DNA of 37,731 nucleotides from Acidobacteriota bacterium (GTDB lineage Bacteria; Acidobacteriota; Blastocatellia; Pyrinomonadales; Pyrinomonadaceae): NCBI GenBank assembly GCA_029862725.1, contig JAOTWT010000001.1, positions 1 to 37,731 of the forward strand, read 5' to 3'. Shown piece by piece: positions 37,437 to 37,731 of this stretch (position 1 is its first letter; each line of letters starts with the position of its first letter). The notes under the pieces were generated by a model. It saw only the letters and a program-made list of their open reading frames with translations, ran no database searches and was not told where the DNA came from. The position numbers and the translations under genes were made by a program.

Positions 37437-37621
37437 TGTAAGCTTCCCTTAAAAGTACACGGTTCAAAAATAGAAATCTTCTAACATCATAGACGATTGA
37501 GGAAAACGAATGAAGAGGTCAAGGTTTAGTGAGACACAGATCGTTGCGATTCTGAAAGAAGGAGAAGGCCGGACGAGAGGTGGCAAAGAAATGCAGTGAG
37601 CACGGTATCAGCAACGCGACG
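37437..37621 (+). mobile_element. 5' part of an IS3-family element (IRL plus a frameshifted orfA fragment), cut by another IS
   Basis: The terminal sequence TGTAAGCTTCCC at 37437 lies 73 bp before the ATG at 37510. MKRSRFSETQIVAILKEGEG then a 1-nt frameshift then REVAKKCSEHGISNAT is IS3 OrfA HTH-like. Homology stops abruptly at 37621. Confidence 0.7.
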
Positions 37622-37731
37622 TGTAAAGCTCCCCGTTTTAGGACCAGGCTAAAGTACAGTGTTTCGGTGATTTCTCAGCCAAGTATTCTACGGGCGTCAT
37701 TTTCTGCAGCGAGTCGTGCGGACGCTCGTGA
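37622..37731 (-). mobile_element. 3' end of a second IS3-family copy in inverted orientation (rve-domain transposase C-terminus plus terminal repeat), running off the window
   Basis: Minus-strand positions 37730..37638 translate to HERPHDSLQKMTPVEYLAEKSPKHCTLAWS*, which carries the integrase-core C-terminal HERPH motif. The element end TGTAAAGCTCCCC at 37622 resembles TGTAAGCTTCCC at 37437. Confidence 0.7.

Overview
The gene content suggests an Acidobacteriota-like chromosome: a GWxTD protein and a 1329-aa CarboxypepD_reg-type TonB-dependent receptor. This taxonomic call is an inference. The window has three parts.

(1) Positions 1-7.9 kb are a housekeeping, origin-proximal-type block, all on the minus strand. 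It holds the GWxTD protein, tatC, tatA/B, selD, parB, parA and mnmG. selD is really a selenoprotein: the ORF track truncates it at an in-frame TGA. Two identical 16-bp parS palindromes and inverted heptamer-repeat arrays lie in and next to the parA-mnmG spacer.

(2) Positions 7.9-16.4 kb are an accessory stretch of uncharacterised genes. The most unusual object in the window is a solitary 497-aa TssB-TssC (T6SS sheath) fusion-like protein that lacks the TssC C-terminal domain and has no other T6SS genes nearby. This stretch also carries a two-gene membrane/coiled-coil module (666 aa plus 187 aa).

(3) Positions 16.5-31 kb are a block of exported hydrolases. An AraC regulator and two beta-lactamase-fold serine hydrolases are followed by a 10.3-kb minus-strand cluster: TonB receptor, an N-terminally extended B3 metallo-beta-lactamase, a DASS transporter, an alpha/beta hydrolase and a D-aminoacylase. 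That cluster is bracketed by direct repeats of the 3' end of a serine-hydrolase gene.

Downstream lies a katG with an N-terminal export-signal-like extension. The window ends in a mobile-element scrapyard: Rhs fragments, 68-bp direct repeats, an IS110-like relic, an orphan Rhs C-terminal HExxH toxin with a putative immunity gene, and nested IS3-family copies. No rRNA genes, tRNA genes or CRISPR arrays were seen.
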